Source: Camelus ferus (Eukaryota). From it: a stretch of DNA of 64,000 nucleotides. A model generated the notes under the pieces. It searched no databases and was not told where the DNA came from. It saw only the letters and a list, made by a program, of their open reading frames with translations. Both the position numbers and the translations under genes were made by a program. This document shows, piece after piece, positions 1 to 13,385 of the stretch (within the stretch, counting starts at the first letter, position 1; each line of letters starts with the position of its first letter). The stretch is taken from NCBI RefSeq assembly GCF_009834535.1, contig NC_045696.1, forward strand, positions 35,838,001 to 35,902,000, in the 5' to 3' direction.

Positions 1-685
1 CATATAATTATTTTATTTTAACTATTAGTGGTTGCTTTAGGGTATATAGTTATTTATTCATTTTAGTACTTTAACAAATATTTTTCTACCGCCTCCTGTC
101 CTGAATTTTTTTCTTGCATTGTTTGCTGTCATTCTTTTTATTTTTTCTCTTACATAATGGTTCCCCAAGACTCCAGCTAACTTTAAAGCAGTATGAGTGT
201 GGTAGGCTTTGGTGTATTTTTCTCCACGTGTCTTGTTCTTAGACTTCACAGAACTTCTTAGCTAGCCTCTCTTCTTCTTCAGAAACTCAGCTACACTTCC
301 GGCAGGCTGCCTGAAGTCATCCCATGGCTCACTGAGGCGATTTTCTTTTTTTTTCCCCAATCTGTTTTGTCTCTGTATTTCATTTTGGGTAAGTTCTATT
401 TCCATGCTTCAAGTTCACTGATTATTTTTTTCTGAAATGTCTAATAAATTGTATTAACTGCATTTTTTTTATTTCAGACATTATAGTTTTCTTCCTTAGA
501 ATTTTGATTTGGTCTGTTTTACACCTTCTGTTTTACTGTTTACCATTCTCAACCTTCCATTTACCTTCTTGAATATACTGAATATAGTTATATTAAATGT
601 TTTAACGTTCCTACCAATTAATGCTATTGTTTCATCCCTCATTATGGGTTGTATTTTTCTGCTTATTTTCATGCCTGGTAATTCT

Positions 686-745
686 TTTAAATTGAACTAT
701 AGTTGATTTACAATTGTTAGTTTCTAGTGTACAGCATAGTGATTC

Positions 746-805
<60 letters not shown>

Positions 806-940
806 TTCTTCCTTATAGGTTATTACAAGTTATTGAATATAGCTCCCTGTGCTCTATAGTAGGACCTTGTTGTTTATCTATTTTCTATATAGTAGTTTGT
901 ATCTGCTAATCTCAAACTTTCAATTCATCCCTCTCCGCCT
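686..940 (-). mobile_element. Cetartiodactyl-type L1 3' end (5'-truncated)
   Basis: ttttaaattgaactatagttgatttacaat...gaatatagctccctgtgctctatagtaggaccttgttg is the antisense of the L1 3' UTR type also seen at 11615-12201 and 42198-42490. Confidence 0.85.
749..802. repeat. (TA)27 perfect microsatellite
   Basis: 54 bp of uninterrupted TA inside the L1 3' UTR. Confidence 0.98.
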
Positions 941-3359
941 TGAATTTCTGACTGTGACTTTACCTAAAGTATATATGTTTATAAACAAGTATTTCCTGTA
1001 AACATTCTTTAGATTTTTTCTGAGATAAAGTTAAGTTTCTTGAAAACAATTTGATCTTTTTGAGCCTTTTATTTTTCAAGTTTTTATTGCGTAGGATCAG
1101 AGCAGTCATTAGTCTAAGACTAATTTTGTCTTGCTACTAAGGCAATATCTTTTTGAGTACTCCACCTGGTGTCTTATGAATCATAAGGCTTTTCTACTCT
1201 GACTGACTTAAGACAAGCGATTTTCAGTCCTGTCTGAGTTTCAACAGTCATTCTTCCCAGTTCTTTCACATGATTCTTTCCTCAGACTCACGTATTTTCC
1301 TCACATACACGTGCCCATCAGGATTCAGCGGAAGTCTCTGAAGATATCTGGGCTCTGTCTTTTTGCAGCTCCCCCCCTTTTGTATGCTGCCTGGGGAACT
1401 GTGGCCACCTCAGTCTCCTCGGACTCTCAACTCCATCTTGCCAGCTGGGGAAGGTTGCCGGGCTCTGCCTGGGTTCCTCTTCCTTGCCTGCAACCTGAAG
1501 TCTTTCCAGGTAGTAGGCGGGGATAACTGTAGGGCTCCTCTATATTGCTTTTTATCTTTCAGGAATTACTGTTCTTTGTTACCTGACATTCATTATCTAA
1601 AAACTGGTTTTCTTCACAAACGGTGTTTAGCTCTAAGTCGTTTCCTGGAAGAGGATAGATCCTGTCCTTGTTGTTCCATCTTGGCCAGAAGTGCAAGGCT
1701 TTCACTAAGTCATTTGAAGGATTACTTTTAAAGGTTTAACGCATTTAAGATAAATAAACCTTTCAGATGTGGCTGATTTAATTATTCCTCATTTTTGTAC
1801 TTTCAATCTTCTAATGATTCTTTTTTGGCTCTATAACATTATAACCAATATTACTGTAGATAAATTTTTTTTTCTTATTCTGCCAGTTAATTATTAAAAG
1901 TAAGTATTACTGATCAAAATATATAAACATTTTAAGTCACTTGATGGCTTTTACTTCTATTTTGAATAATGTTTTAAAATACTGACTTTCTGAATAGCAA
2001 GGGAAATGTATTTCCAAATTGGCACCAAAATGAAATATTAATGCTGTAAAACTTCTAAGACATAAATAATTGTTATTTCATGTTTTAAAACACCTGGAAG
2101 AATTTTTAAAGACTTCCAAATGGTGAAGAGGAAACCACCTTTTTTTCACTTAAAGAACTATTTCAGGTATAAATATTTTGTCTTATATGTGTATGTGAGC
2201 AGGGACAATAGAAAACAAGAAAATTTAGAACATATGATATTTGTAATAACAAATATTGTTTTGAAAATATTGACAAAATTGATTTATGAAGCCTATATAT
2301 TCAAGAACACTATTTAAAGAAAATTCTTGCCATGTGAAAAAGTAAACCTCTATTTCTTGAAACTACTGAAGATCCAGTTTTCTGTTTCTTGTAGTAAACA
2401 CTTCCAGCTAATCCAGAAATTCATTCCTGATAGGTGAACATTAGAGAGACAACTAACAGTATCTGTTATAATTATATTCCAAACTGCTTTCAATAATATA
2501 AAATTAAAATCTGTTGTAATTGTTATTGGCATAGGAACAAACTACCTGAAGCAAAGAAAAAACTAATTTATGTTTCAATATTTTTGAGTGAAAAATTACA
2601 GTATGCATATCGCCACTAATTAAGGTAGAGAATGAAGATGAATATGGGAAACGATGCTATAATTAGCAGTAAGGGGGGAAGAAAAAAATGAATTTCTTTC
2701 TTCTTAGAAGAAGGACAGATTTCTGAGAGTTTTTCTTTTTAACAGGTAGATAATCAGATGATTTTTAAGAGCTTTAGGAAATTCTATAGCTTAAAACTTT
2801 AAAGCTGCAAAAAGTAGAGATTTATTACTGGAAGAAAAAAATTCATTTCTTCAGCTCATAAAAATAGCTTGTTTGCTTACAGGAGATATTAATTATTAAT
2901 CAATCCTGTATTTCATCAGTCACCCTTCCATTTATTCAACCCTTTGTTTCCCAGCAGCCACGTCTCCAGGCTGCTTCAGAGAAGACACAATGTCTCGTCT
3001 CCCCCTCCATGCCCCAGCCCACCACAGGATTACTCTCCCAGAAAAAGAGAGGCACTAACTGAGACTCGGCCTCCGGGCCACCTAAGGAAGCGGGTCTCTG
3101 AGGAAGTTTCAATCATCCTTTGTTCATCAAAAAATAAAAGCTGCAGGAAATGAAAATATGTGGCAACTCTGTGTTTTCCAGCTTGAACTGTTTCCCCACC
3201 TTCTCTCAAGAAATGATCAAGGTTAATCCTGTCATTCCTCACTTTCTGATTCCCCTTAGTCATTCGAAGAGGCCCAGGATACCTCGGCCATCCATCATCG
3301 AGTGAACTCACATTCCCACACTCTGCTGTTATGTCCATTAATCTCCCCTAATCTCTTAC

Positions 3360-5225
3360 CTCCCAAACCCTTCAAGTGTGCCCTTTACAAAGCTCCCTCT
3401 GTCAACAGCAGGGCACTGAGTTGCTCTAACTCTGCTCTAAAAGTTCTCTACATCCTCTCCCTCTAACTGAAACCTGGCTGTTCTGTGAACTACATCGTTT
3501 CCCTACAGCTCTTCCAAGATTCTTGTCCTTTCAAGGGCTTCACTACTAATAATTTTCCCTCCATTTCCTACATATATTTTTCAATGACTATGAATCATTT
3601 CCATTTGCCTTTCTAAAAACAAATATAAAAATTTGACCTCCACATCCCACCCCTATCCCATCATACCCTCGATACACTCCCATCTCTCTGCTCCCCTCAT
3701 GGCAAAATGTATTGAACAAGTCTTTGGTAGATAATATTGTCACTTTCTTACCTACATTTTTCCTTCACACCACTCCAGTGGAGCTCCCAGACCCACCACT
3801 CCACTAGGTCTATTCCTTACAAGGTTGTGAATGACCTACATGTTGTCAAAACCATAGACATCTCTTTGAAACACTTTTCTTCCTTTGAATCCCTGGTCTT
3901 CCTCTCACCTCACCACTGTCTCCTTTGATAGCCTTCTCCATCTCTCCACTGTTCAATCTCAAATGTTGACATGTTCCAGGACCTGGTCCTGAACTTCCTG
4001 TTTTCTCCACCTAGACTTTTGTCACTATCCTATGTGATCTCATCAAATCCTGTGACTTCATATACTATCATTAAATGAACCATCTCTCCAAAAGATCAAA
4101 TTAGTTTTTCTTCACTACTATACGATGTTTCCACTTGGATTTCAAACAGACATTTGTACAATTTTGCTAAAACATAACTATTTCCTTTTTACCCCTAAAC
4201 ATGCTCCTGTTGACTTTGTTTTCAATTTTAGTAACCAGCTACTGAGTTCCTCAAGTCAGAAATTTAGATATTATTTCTGATTCATAGCTTTTCCTCAATC
4301 TTATAATCAATCAGCTGCAACTCCTTCATTCTGTTTTCAAAATATATTCTGAATCCGTTCACTTTACAACACCTTAGCTATTACCACCATGTCCATAGAG
4401 TGTGGTTATGTGGACTGTTCAGTGGACAAGGGCATCTAGCCAACAGGTAGGTCTGTGTGAAAATTTAGCCCATGCTCTACTTGCTGTCTTGGGCTGGGTT
4501 ATGTCTTTTTGGCAGAAGGGATTTTTTTTTGTTTGGTACAAATAATCTGTCTAATTGGCAAATTAGCACTGAAAGGATCCCCCTTTTAAAACTGCACAAA
4601 AGAGACAGGCTAGCTAACCCGTAATATCACTCTGGTACAAGCCACCATCATCTCTTTCCCGATCAACTGCAATAGCCTTCTAATTGTCTTCTTTCTCTCT
4701 ACTCTTCCCTCTACACAACTGCCCCAGTATCACAGTACATTTAGCAGCCAAAATGCAAGGATAAATCAGAACATGTTGTTCCCTGACTTAAAGTCCTTGC
4801 CTGACTTACTAAGTCCTACATAATCTATGCCCTATTTGCTTATCCAAGCTTATCTGGTATCAATTTAGAGATAATTGGTGAATCACCCTACATGTGAAAC
4901 TTGTAGTATTCTTTTTTTTTTTTTTTGGATCTTTTCATCTGATTTTTATGTGTGTGTCTGTGGCTGCATCCTTCTCATCATTTAGAGTGTATTATATCTT
5001 AAAGAATTTCTCTGAGCATCAAAATTAAGTAGCTCCTGTTGTAATATTTTGCAGTTCTTCATTATTAATTCATTATTCATTTATAATTACATTCTTTTAT
5101 TATTTATTCTATGTCCCTCTTCTCTAAAATATAAGTTCTTTGTTTGTCATGTTCATTGCCATTTCCCAGTCTTTTAAATTGTACGTGGCACATTGTTGGC
5201 CTTTGATAAATACTTGTTCAATGCC
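3360..5225 (+). mobile_element. L2 LINE, fragmented
   Basis: cct cta act gaa acc tgg ctg (PLTETWL, APE-endonuclease motif) near 3460-3480; typical L2 pyrimidine-rich body (gccaccatcatctct, tgcaatagccttctaat); 3' tail ...ataaatacttgttcaatg. Confidence 0.8.
4388..4622. mobile_element. hAT-Tip100 non-autonomous element (MER91-like) nested in L2
   Basis: Interrupts the L2; motifs gtggacaagggcatc, tgaaaatttagcccatgctctac and tgcacaaaagagacaggctagc resemble MER91A. Confidence 0.5.
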
Positions 5226-6089
5226 TTTCTGACTATTTTAAGTGCTGAGCAAGTCATAAAGTGAGTGATTGTGGGAGGTCGTTGTGTATTCTCTGGAAGA
5301 ATAAAGAAAGCAAAAATAAGCAAAAACAAACAAATCCTTACCCTTCAAGTTATAGCTAAAAAGCAATTTCAAAAAGTCATCTCTTACTCAAAACCCACTG
5401 CAGTATATAAACAAGAATTAGAAACTTGGTGGAAAAGAAGATTAATTTTTCAGGGGAGAAAATGACCAGTTAGTAGTTGGTTCTATTTAAGATTAAAGCC
5501 ATATTGGGACATACAGATTTGAGACTCACAAAACTCCATCATCTTCGAAGCAGAGACAATGTAGAATAAAGTTCTAGAGAAAGAAGGGGAACCAACGTAG
5601 AAAACAAACTGGTGACATTAGAAAGGAAGCCTGAAAGTCAGAATAGTGTAGACTCTCATGGTGGAGGAAAGAGTAAAGTGTAATTAATTTTACAATTTCT
5701 AAATGAATGGACCTGGAATCATGTTACAGGATTTTTAAAAAGAACTAACTGCTGAGACTTAATTAAGATAAAGTGAGGTATTGATTTGTTGACTTCTTTA
5801 CTCCAGTATTTTTTTAAGGTCTTGAAATGTTTTTGTTTTGTTTTAGTGAGATATTGTAAAATGATGAATCTGAAACATAACATATCAAGGAAAATTTACC
5901 TATTTAGCAACTGTTTTCAGGTCTATCATACTTGATATAATCCCAGTTCACATTTTGTAGTTCATTTTTTTAATAAAGTATGTAAATTTTTAATAGTATT
6001 CTGCTCATAGATTTTACAGGCACACAAAAGATATTGTAATTTCATGACTATATATCATACAGTATTTGAATAATTGATAGAGATTTAGA

Positions 6090-6292
6090 GAAACTGAGTT
6101 AAAAATTCTGATTCTAGTGTGTATTAACTGAATCACATTGGCAAAGTTATAAAACCTTAAGTCTAAATTTTCTCACTTGCAAATGGATCAATGTCATTTT
6201 TCATCCTTACAAAAATAAATGATTTAATACATCTAAAGCTATTGAAATATTGCCTAGCCACACATAGCAATGCTCAGTATATAAAAGCTTTA
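6090..6292 (+). mobile_element. MIR SINE
   Basis: Core-like ttggcaaagttataaaaccttaagtctaaattttctcacttgcaaatgg and tail tgcctagccacacatagcaatgctcagta. Confidence 0.7.
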
Positions 6293-6549
6293 TTTATTTG
6301 AAAGGTAAATTATTTCCAGGTGAAGAGACATTATTTTGCCCACTTAAAAAAATATGCCCAATGATGTTTTCAAAATGTGTGTCTGTGATACAGGCTTTCT
6401 TCTTCACATATCATGTGAGTATTTTTCTTCCATGATTGTAAACAAAAATTACACAGAAAAATATACATTTCTTTAAAATCATGAGGATTATCAACATAAG
6501 TAAATGTACAAAGTGAGAAAAGTTTTGTAATAGACTCAAATTTACACAT

Positions 6550-7052
6550 GGTGGTGGAATCTATTACTTTGTCCTACATTATTTTGGACAACTGTTCCTC
6601 TCCTCTCCCCCATCCCCATCACTACTTCAATCTTGTGGTCTGAGTAAGAGCTCAGCTCTTACAAGTTCCACCCTGACCATCATTAATTAGAAGGAGTTGC
6701 ATACGTACTCAAAGATGTGCTACTCAGATGTCTTCTCTAGAAAGCTTGAAATTGGAACTTAAGAAGAAGAGCTAATTCTTCTCGACTGGTGAGGAGAGGA
6801 CTATGGCCGAGAAGCAGCTGTTAGACATGACATCCACGGTGTGGATGAACTGCATCTGCACAAAGGACTAAACTTGACATTGTGAGATGGCGAGTCCGGA
6901 AATAGTCTTTTTTCTTGTTTACAGTTGTCCACAAAGCCAGCTGCTCATGTGACTTTTGGTGGTGCGTTTCTGTGAATAAATGTATTTCCCTTTTGGCCTA
7001 AGTTTGTTCAGGCTGGGTTTCCTTTAGTTCAAAACAAAAGTGTCCTGAGAAA
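6550..7052 (+). mobile_element. Old MaLR LTR (MLT1J/K/L-like)
   Basis: 3' end gaataaatgtatttcccttttggcctaagtttgttcaggctgggtttcc...aaaagtgtcctgagaaat is typical of old MLT1 LTRs. Confidence 0.6.
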
Positions 7053-10000
7053 TGTTTATTGTCAAACATTACTGTGTATAATTAGCTCATTTGGACCACA
7101 AAGCACAAGATGGCAAAACAAAACTGTCTTCACATCATTTTATTTATATTTGAGAAAATTTGGATGGGCAGTCAAATTTTGGGAAATAGGGAATACTTTT
7201 AGAGTGCAAGACATTGATCTTCTGAGATTTTTGCACCTATCCTTCTTGTATTGTTAATTTCCCCTTTTAGGAAGAAGTATTGATGAGTTGTTTTTTTCTC
7301 CCCCCAGAGTTTAGAACAGATTGTCTTGATTGGAATTCATCCCTTCAGTCCCAAAGTGGTCCGTTCTAGCAGCTGCATAAACAAAGGATTTACTGCTTAC
7401 TGAGGATGCAACTCTTATTGGTGTTTGCATTATCCTTGGGTTCATGCCGTTGGCTGTTCAATTTGCTAAGTAATGTAAGAAGCCTGCAGTATAATAAATA
7501 GAACTCTGGTTTTAACAACTGGCAGTTACTTAACTTCCTCTTTTTTTCTTGCACCCTTTCATTTCCACCCATTAAATATTTTGTAGTTACATATAATCAT
7601 TTGTAAGAGATTTTCAAAATATAATTACCCAATAATTTTACAATGCAGTTTTATTATTTAGACATGATTTGAACTTACTACCATTAAACACAAAATACTG
7701 TCACCAAATGAAATCAAAAGTGAAAAAGAAAATACTGTCATTCAAAATTTAAGCAGTAATGTACTACTATTTGCTAGCTATTCTGTTACTAAAGAGATGA
7801 CAAGAGTAGTGGTTCCTAAAAGAAGCATCAGGGAAATTACTTTATTTTGTTATTTATTCTAACATGGCATTAGCAGATTTACCCAGAAAAGATGATGTAG
7901 CTATTCCTCTCCGGGATGCTGTGCAGAAAATATTTTAAAAATAGGGGTTTTTTCCTTTTTTTTTTTAAAGCACAAACAAAGCTATAAAAGCAGGGCTTCT
8001 CCTTCTGGAAAAGATTGAGAAACTTCCATCAACCACAAAAGCTGGACTACATATACACCTTGAACACATTGAGCACTAAACACATGCTCTTTTGATAGCC
8101 CTGAGGTCATCTTTTGAGACTTTCCTGTTTCTTAAAGCTCCAGCACTTTCCACCCTCCCCACCTCTTCTGAATGTGCAGACTCTGCTTCTCTACTCAGCC
8201 TTTAGTTATGTGCTGCCTCATGGTAACTTCTTTATCACATGCAGTTTCTGAAGGAACTATCTCTGTCTTACGCTCCCAAGACTGGCCTCAGCCTGAGATG
8301 GTAACTCAGTGTTTGACTGAATGGAACAAGTACTGAAAATACTATAATTAAAATACCTAGAAAATATCTCTTTAATACAATTCAGTGAGAGGTGACATTT
8401 CTCTAGTTTTATCAATTCAAGTATCAGAATGCCACTCATGACAGCATCACAAGGGACTCTTGACTGTGTATTTAAAAAGAGAAAAATGAAAACAACAAAT
8501 GTAAGTTTACTTGAAATAACTAAATTCACACTCTAAAATGACAACAGTAAAAAAAATTAAATAAATAAAAAAATGAGGAGAGTAGACATTTGACTATAAA
8601 TTTCATGTAAACCATTTAGTAGATTAATAAATGAGACAGTAGATTCTGATTCAATTTTACAGCTTCTATAAAAAGAGCTTCTTAATATATAGCATTGTGC
8701 AATTGTTCTGTACATATGAGCTTATACATAGTGCTCTGTACAAAGAATCCAGTTGGAAAGAAAAAGAAATCATCATCCACGTCTGGCTGAGAGAACTGCC
8801 TTTGTTTTTGTCCTTGCATGTTCTAAATTCTGTTGACACTGCTGCTGCTGTTCTGGCTTTATCGACCGTAGGCACCGCTTTCATCCAATTAGCCTCGTAC
8901 TGCTCTTTGCAGGATATGGCTTGATTTGTTAAGAAGGCATTACTCCATACACTGAGTCTAATATCTGTGTTTTCTTATGTATTAGTTCAAGAGTGGCTTC
9001 TCTCCCTCTGCTTCGTGACCTTGGGGGTGTCTGTCTCTGTGCACTATCTATCAATATTAGGCAATCTACACAAGTTCATGGAATAAATGTATGTAGGGTT
9101 GTTATGATAGAAATAGCAACTTTCAGATGAACATCCAATCTGAAACAACCTATCCTCTCCTCAACTAGAAGGAAACAGACACATTGTGAAACTTCCAGTG
9201 TGCCCTTCATAAGAAAGCCCCCTGGAAGCACAGTTCAGTGGTCTAGACGTGAGACAATGCTATAGTGGCCGCATCAGAAATAAAAGCCTCTGCACTTTGA
9301 AATGCTTTTGAAAATGTACTTAGCATGATGGTTAAAATTAAATTAGTACATATAAAATACTACATAAACAGTAAATGACCAACAAACAGTAAAAGCATCA
9401 TTATTCATCATTAGATGAAATCTATTTCTATATTATTTGGGGCTGAGAGATGATTCCTAAAATTGAGTTTTGCAATCTACCCCTTTCCCTCTCCACTTCC
9501 AATGTATCTGAAACACATTAAGTAGTGAATGAAGGTATGCCCATGACTGTCTTAAGGATGAGAGCAGAAATTTTCAGAATACTGGCAGACTATTGAACGA
9601 TATCCTACTATTCATTTGCATCTAATTACTTTACATGATGTACAGTAGAGCACTTTTTAATGCAACATTACATACACAAGGAGATTTATTTGGACAGTGA
9701 CATACACAATCCCATCTGCAATCATTTATTTTCAGCTTATGCATTTTCAAATGTTTGTAGAAATATCCCCCAAATATAATCATATAATTTCATGGTTGAT
9801 TTTTTGATAACCCCTCTCTAAAATTTTATGAGGTATGATTGACTTCATTTCAGTTTCCTATCCAAAACCTTGTATACTGCTCAGAAAAAAAACACACACA
9901 CACAATAGCATTTTTTGGAATTGTTTTGCTGTACTCTGAGTTGGGTATGGTTTGTAATGACACAAACTGAAAACCAAGGCACATTTTGAAAAAATGATGT

Positions 10001-11614
10001 GGAGCAACATATTCTTCTTACTATAAAATTTCTAGTTTTGGTTGTTTCTCATTTCTTTGAATAGTTTCTGTAGAAATTATTGGAAATTGCAACTGGTGGG
10101 CAGTGTGGGAGAAATGGGTTACAACCAGCAGAGTATATACAGTGCAATTTTTTTAAAAGTTGACCTGATAGTGAGTTTGGAAACATTAGAGTATGGTGAC
10201 ACTGTACAGTGATGAGTGAAATCATCTGGTCCAGTTGCAAGTGGATTACTTGGCATAGCAGCTTCACCTGGCTAGGAAGCATGCAAATGAAGAGAAGCCT
10301 CATGAGAAGTCAGTTGGTGGGAACAAACAGCAGAGCAAAGCCACTTAAGGGAACAGACAAAAATTACACCAAAAAGCAAATTTTTAAACTCTTGAATGCA
10401 CATTTGAGGTTTCATAGGCAAAAGGGTAGGTCACAAGAAGAGAAAAAAATGATGAGAAACATATAAGTTAGCCTTTCTAAATAGTCATGCCACATGCAGG
10501 AGTTTCCCAGCCGTCAGCACTGTCCCTGAAGACCATTTATACTTCACAGCATTAATATTCATTAGGTGTAACGCCATATGTTGCACAGCAGGCTGCACTG
10601 CCAGCAGACTGTTTGTCATAAAGCCAGATTTAATAAAGCATTGTAAAACAAACATTATGATGATAAATACAAAATGACAGGCTAATTAAGAGAATCTTAA
10701 TTGCCATTTTTCCATAATAGCATTTGTTTGGTTGTATCTGTCTTTGTGCTAGCATCCCTCTCATTCAGCTTGCATTCTGTGCACCTTTCTCATCACTCCC
10801 CACCAAGGGGAAATTATGCCACATATGATTTAAAGTACTTAAGCCCCCTTTTCTCCTCCCACAAATCGATTATAAGGTAATGAATAGCTGCATGCCATTG
10901 ATGTTCACAAACATTAACCTTTAATCTCAAAGGCAAGGAGAGCCTCTCTAATGGAGGTTGTGTAGTTACATACCAGCTGAAGTAATAAGTTGAAGAAATC
11001 AATACAAATTCTAAATTCAAATACCACTTGAAATCTTTTTTGAAATATTTGAAGTTAACTTTTGTTCAGCCTGAAGAAATCCAATATGGATTTCAGAAGT
11101 CACTACTACTGTTTTAAAAGAAACCCTGAAACCATCAAATTTCAATAACAGCTCCTGAGCCAAACAAAGGGAGGTGATTTACACACCTTACATCATATTA
11201 GTGAATAGAAAGTCTCTAATCTTCACTCTGTATCACACTTCTGTATCATATTTCCCAAGCTCCCCAACTGGCATAGTCCATAAAATATCTTATATTTTCT
11301 CCCCTTCCTTTATAAAATACCATTTTAAATGTATGTATTCTTGTTGCAGTGTAGAAATAGTGGCTTACTAAAAAGTCAGAATATTGCTTAGGGAAGGGGT
11401 GAATAACCAGTCGCCAAGAGTCTCTACCGTATTTCCTTGATACTTTCACTAAAATACAAGTTCTAGTTCTCAGCTTTGCAGTATCCTGGAATGACTAGAC
11501 TGAAGTATACCCAAAGTCAGAGGTATGCTGGAAAAATATTCAATAGTTGGCTCTAAGATTGGGAGAAAAAACTCTGGTTTGCAGGAGTTGTGGATCTAAA
11601 GCTATAAGTAAGTA

Positions 11615-12201
11615 TACATGCACCCCAATGTTCATAGCAGCACTATATACAATAGCCAAGACATGAAAGCAACCTAAATGTCCATTGATAGATGATTGGA
11701 TAAAGAAGTTGTGGTATATTTATAGAATGGAATATTACTCAGCCATAAAAAAGAATAAAATAATGCTATTTGCAGCAACATGGATGGACCTAGAGATCAT
11801 CATTCTAAGTGAAGTAAGTCAGAAAGAGAGAAAAAAACACCATATGATATCATTCATAGGTGGAATCTAAAAAAAGAAAAAAAGAGGAAACTAATGAACT
11901 CATCTACAAAACAGAAACAGACTCACAGAGATAGTAAACAATCTTATGGTTACAGGGGGAGAGAGGGTGGGAAGGGATACATTTGGGAGTTTGAGATTTG
12001 CAAATGTTACCCACTATACATAAAAAGAGGTTAAAAAAATTTCTTTTGTATAGAACAGGGAACTATATTCAATATCTTGTAATAATCTTACTGAAAAAGA
12101 GTATGAAAACTAATATATGTATGTATATACATGACTGAGACATTGTTCTGTAAACCAGAAATTGACACATTGTAACTGACTATACTTCAATTTTAAAAAA
12201 A
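11615..12201 (+). mobile_element. Lineage-specific L1 3' end (ORF2 C-terminus + 3' UTR + A tail)
   Basis: ORF 11685-11870 (DDWIKKLWYIYRMEYYSAIKKNKIMLFAATWMDLEIIILSEVSQKE) is the canonical L1 ORF2p C-terminus; the 3' UTR ends tgtaactgactatacttcaattttaaaaaaa. Confidence 0.95.
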
Positions 12202-12800
12202 GTTGGAAAGAGAGGCATATGATTAGCTATCAGGAGTGTTGATGTCATGTATAAATGTATAATGAACTAATTTTATCAGTAGAAAGTCACCACATCTGGA
12301 TTATCCATTTTGGGAGAGAAAGAGAGAAAGTTCTGACTTTTTTTGTGTTCATGGTTCAGAGAAAAATCTTTGCGTTCAGAGACTGGAAACATCAAATATG
12401 TATCTATATAATCTAACCAATAATAATTCTATTGACAAATTTTTGAACAACAAATTATAATTTCATAAGAAGTTAGATTGATACAATTATCTACTCCAAC
12501 TAGAATTATAATAATGTTAAATAGGGTAGAGAAAATTACAATGGCTTCTGAAACACAATGCTAAAATTTTCCTAAATATGTCTTTAAAAAGTGAATACAA
12601 ATATTTGAAATGATCCTCCTCAATTTTTTGAGAAAATTGATGACATTTTCAGCATTATTTTTATATCTTGTAAAAATTATATTTTTTATTTAAGGTATGG
12701 TTTGTTCAATGATTAAGTTCAATTTGGGGACAAGAAGGAAGGGGGAAGGCTGAACATATCTCCTATTAAGATGCATTGAAAGTCAAATAACAACTATTAG

Positions 12801-12972
12801 GGTTTTTTTTTTAACATTTTATTTATTTATTATTGCATTACTTATTTTTTATTTTGGTAGGAGGGGGAGGTAATTAGCTTTATTTATTTTTAGAGGAGAT
12901 ACTAGGGATTGAACCCAGGACCTCATGCATGCTAAAGCATGCACCCTACCACTCAAGCTATACCCTCCCCCC
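12801..12972 (-). mobile_element. tRNA-derived SINE, camelid Vic-1-like (long form)
   Basis: Minus strand reads GGGGAGGGTATAGCTTGAGTGGTAGGGTGCATGCTTTAGCATGCATGAGGTCCTGGGTTCAATCCCTAGTATCTCC (A and B boxes) plus an A-rich tail; TSD aacaactattag (12789-12800) / aagaactattag (12973-12984). Confidence 0.9.
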
Positions 12973-13221
12973 AAGAACTATTAGTTTTAACAAAGTAATC
13001 TGAAAACTTCTCAATACTCTTCAAAACTACCTACTAATTCTGCAGTGTGTTATATGTAGACTTAAAAGTAACCTTGACCGTGAATAGTTCGACATCAGTT
13101 GATGTTATTAGATGTTTCTCTGGTCAATTATTTTGTGAAACACTGCAATTAGATAACTTTATAAAGTTTAAAAAGCATACAGTTTTAACATTATCATGTT
13201 CATAATCATCATAATTAAACT

Positions 13222-13385
13222 CAACTTTAAATCCACTACTTGCTAATTCTTTGACTTCTGACAAAACTTAACTTTCCTGAGCATAGCTTCATTATTGGTA
13301 AAATACTGGCACTAGGTATGTAGCAAGTATGCAAAGTGTTTTAACAATGTAACTAGTTTCAAAAATATTTTATTAATATTATCAT
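13222..13385 (+). mobile_element. MIR fragment
   Basis: ccactacttgctaattctttgacttctgacaaaacttaactttcctgagcatagcttcattattggtaaaat resembles the MIR core. Confidence 0.55.

Larger units (their letters stand above)
340..1700 (-). mobile_element. Old L1 (L1M-type) ORF1/5' region fragment, interrupted by a younger L1 3' end
   Basis: T-rich antisense L1 ORF1-like text (tccatgcttcaagttcactgatt, atttcagacattatagttttc) resumes after 940 with 5'-region-like sequence. Recognised by eye; boundaries approximate. Confidence 0.6.

Noticed and set aside
727..909. 60-aa ORF with a YI repeat
   Set aside because: Artefact of the (TA)n microsatellite inside an L1 3' UTR.
2330..2545. Minus-strand acceptor followed by a 60-aa ORF
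   Set aside because: All frames from the acceptor hit stops, there is no matching strong donor, and I recognise no protein.
11518..11600. Possible hAT-Tip100 terminal fragment (cagaggtatgctggaaaaatattcaatagttggctct)
   Set aside because: Too short and diverged to call by eye, and cut off by the adjacent L1.
12895..12972. tRNA gene (also at 37000-37077)
   Set aside because: A and B boxes are present, but A-rich tails, TSDs and stem mismatches show these are SINE heads, not functional tRNAs.
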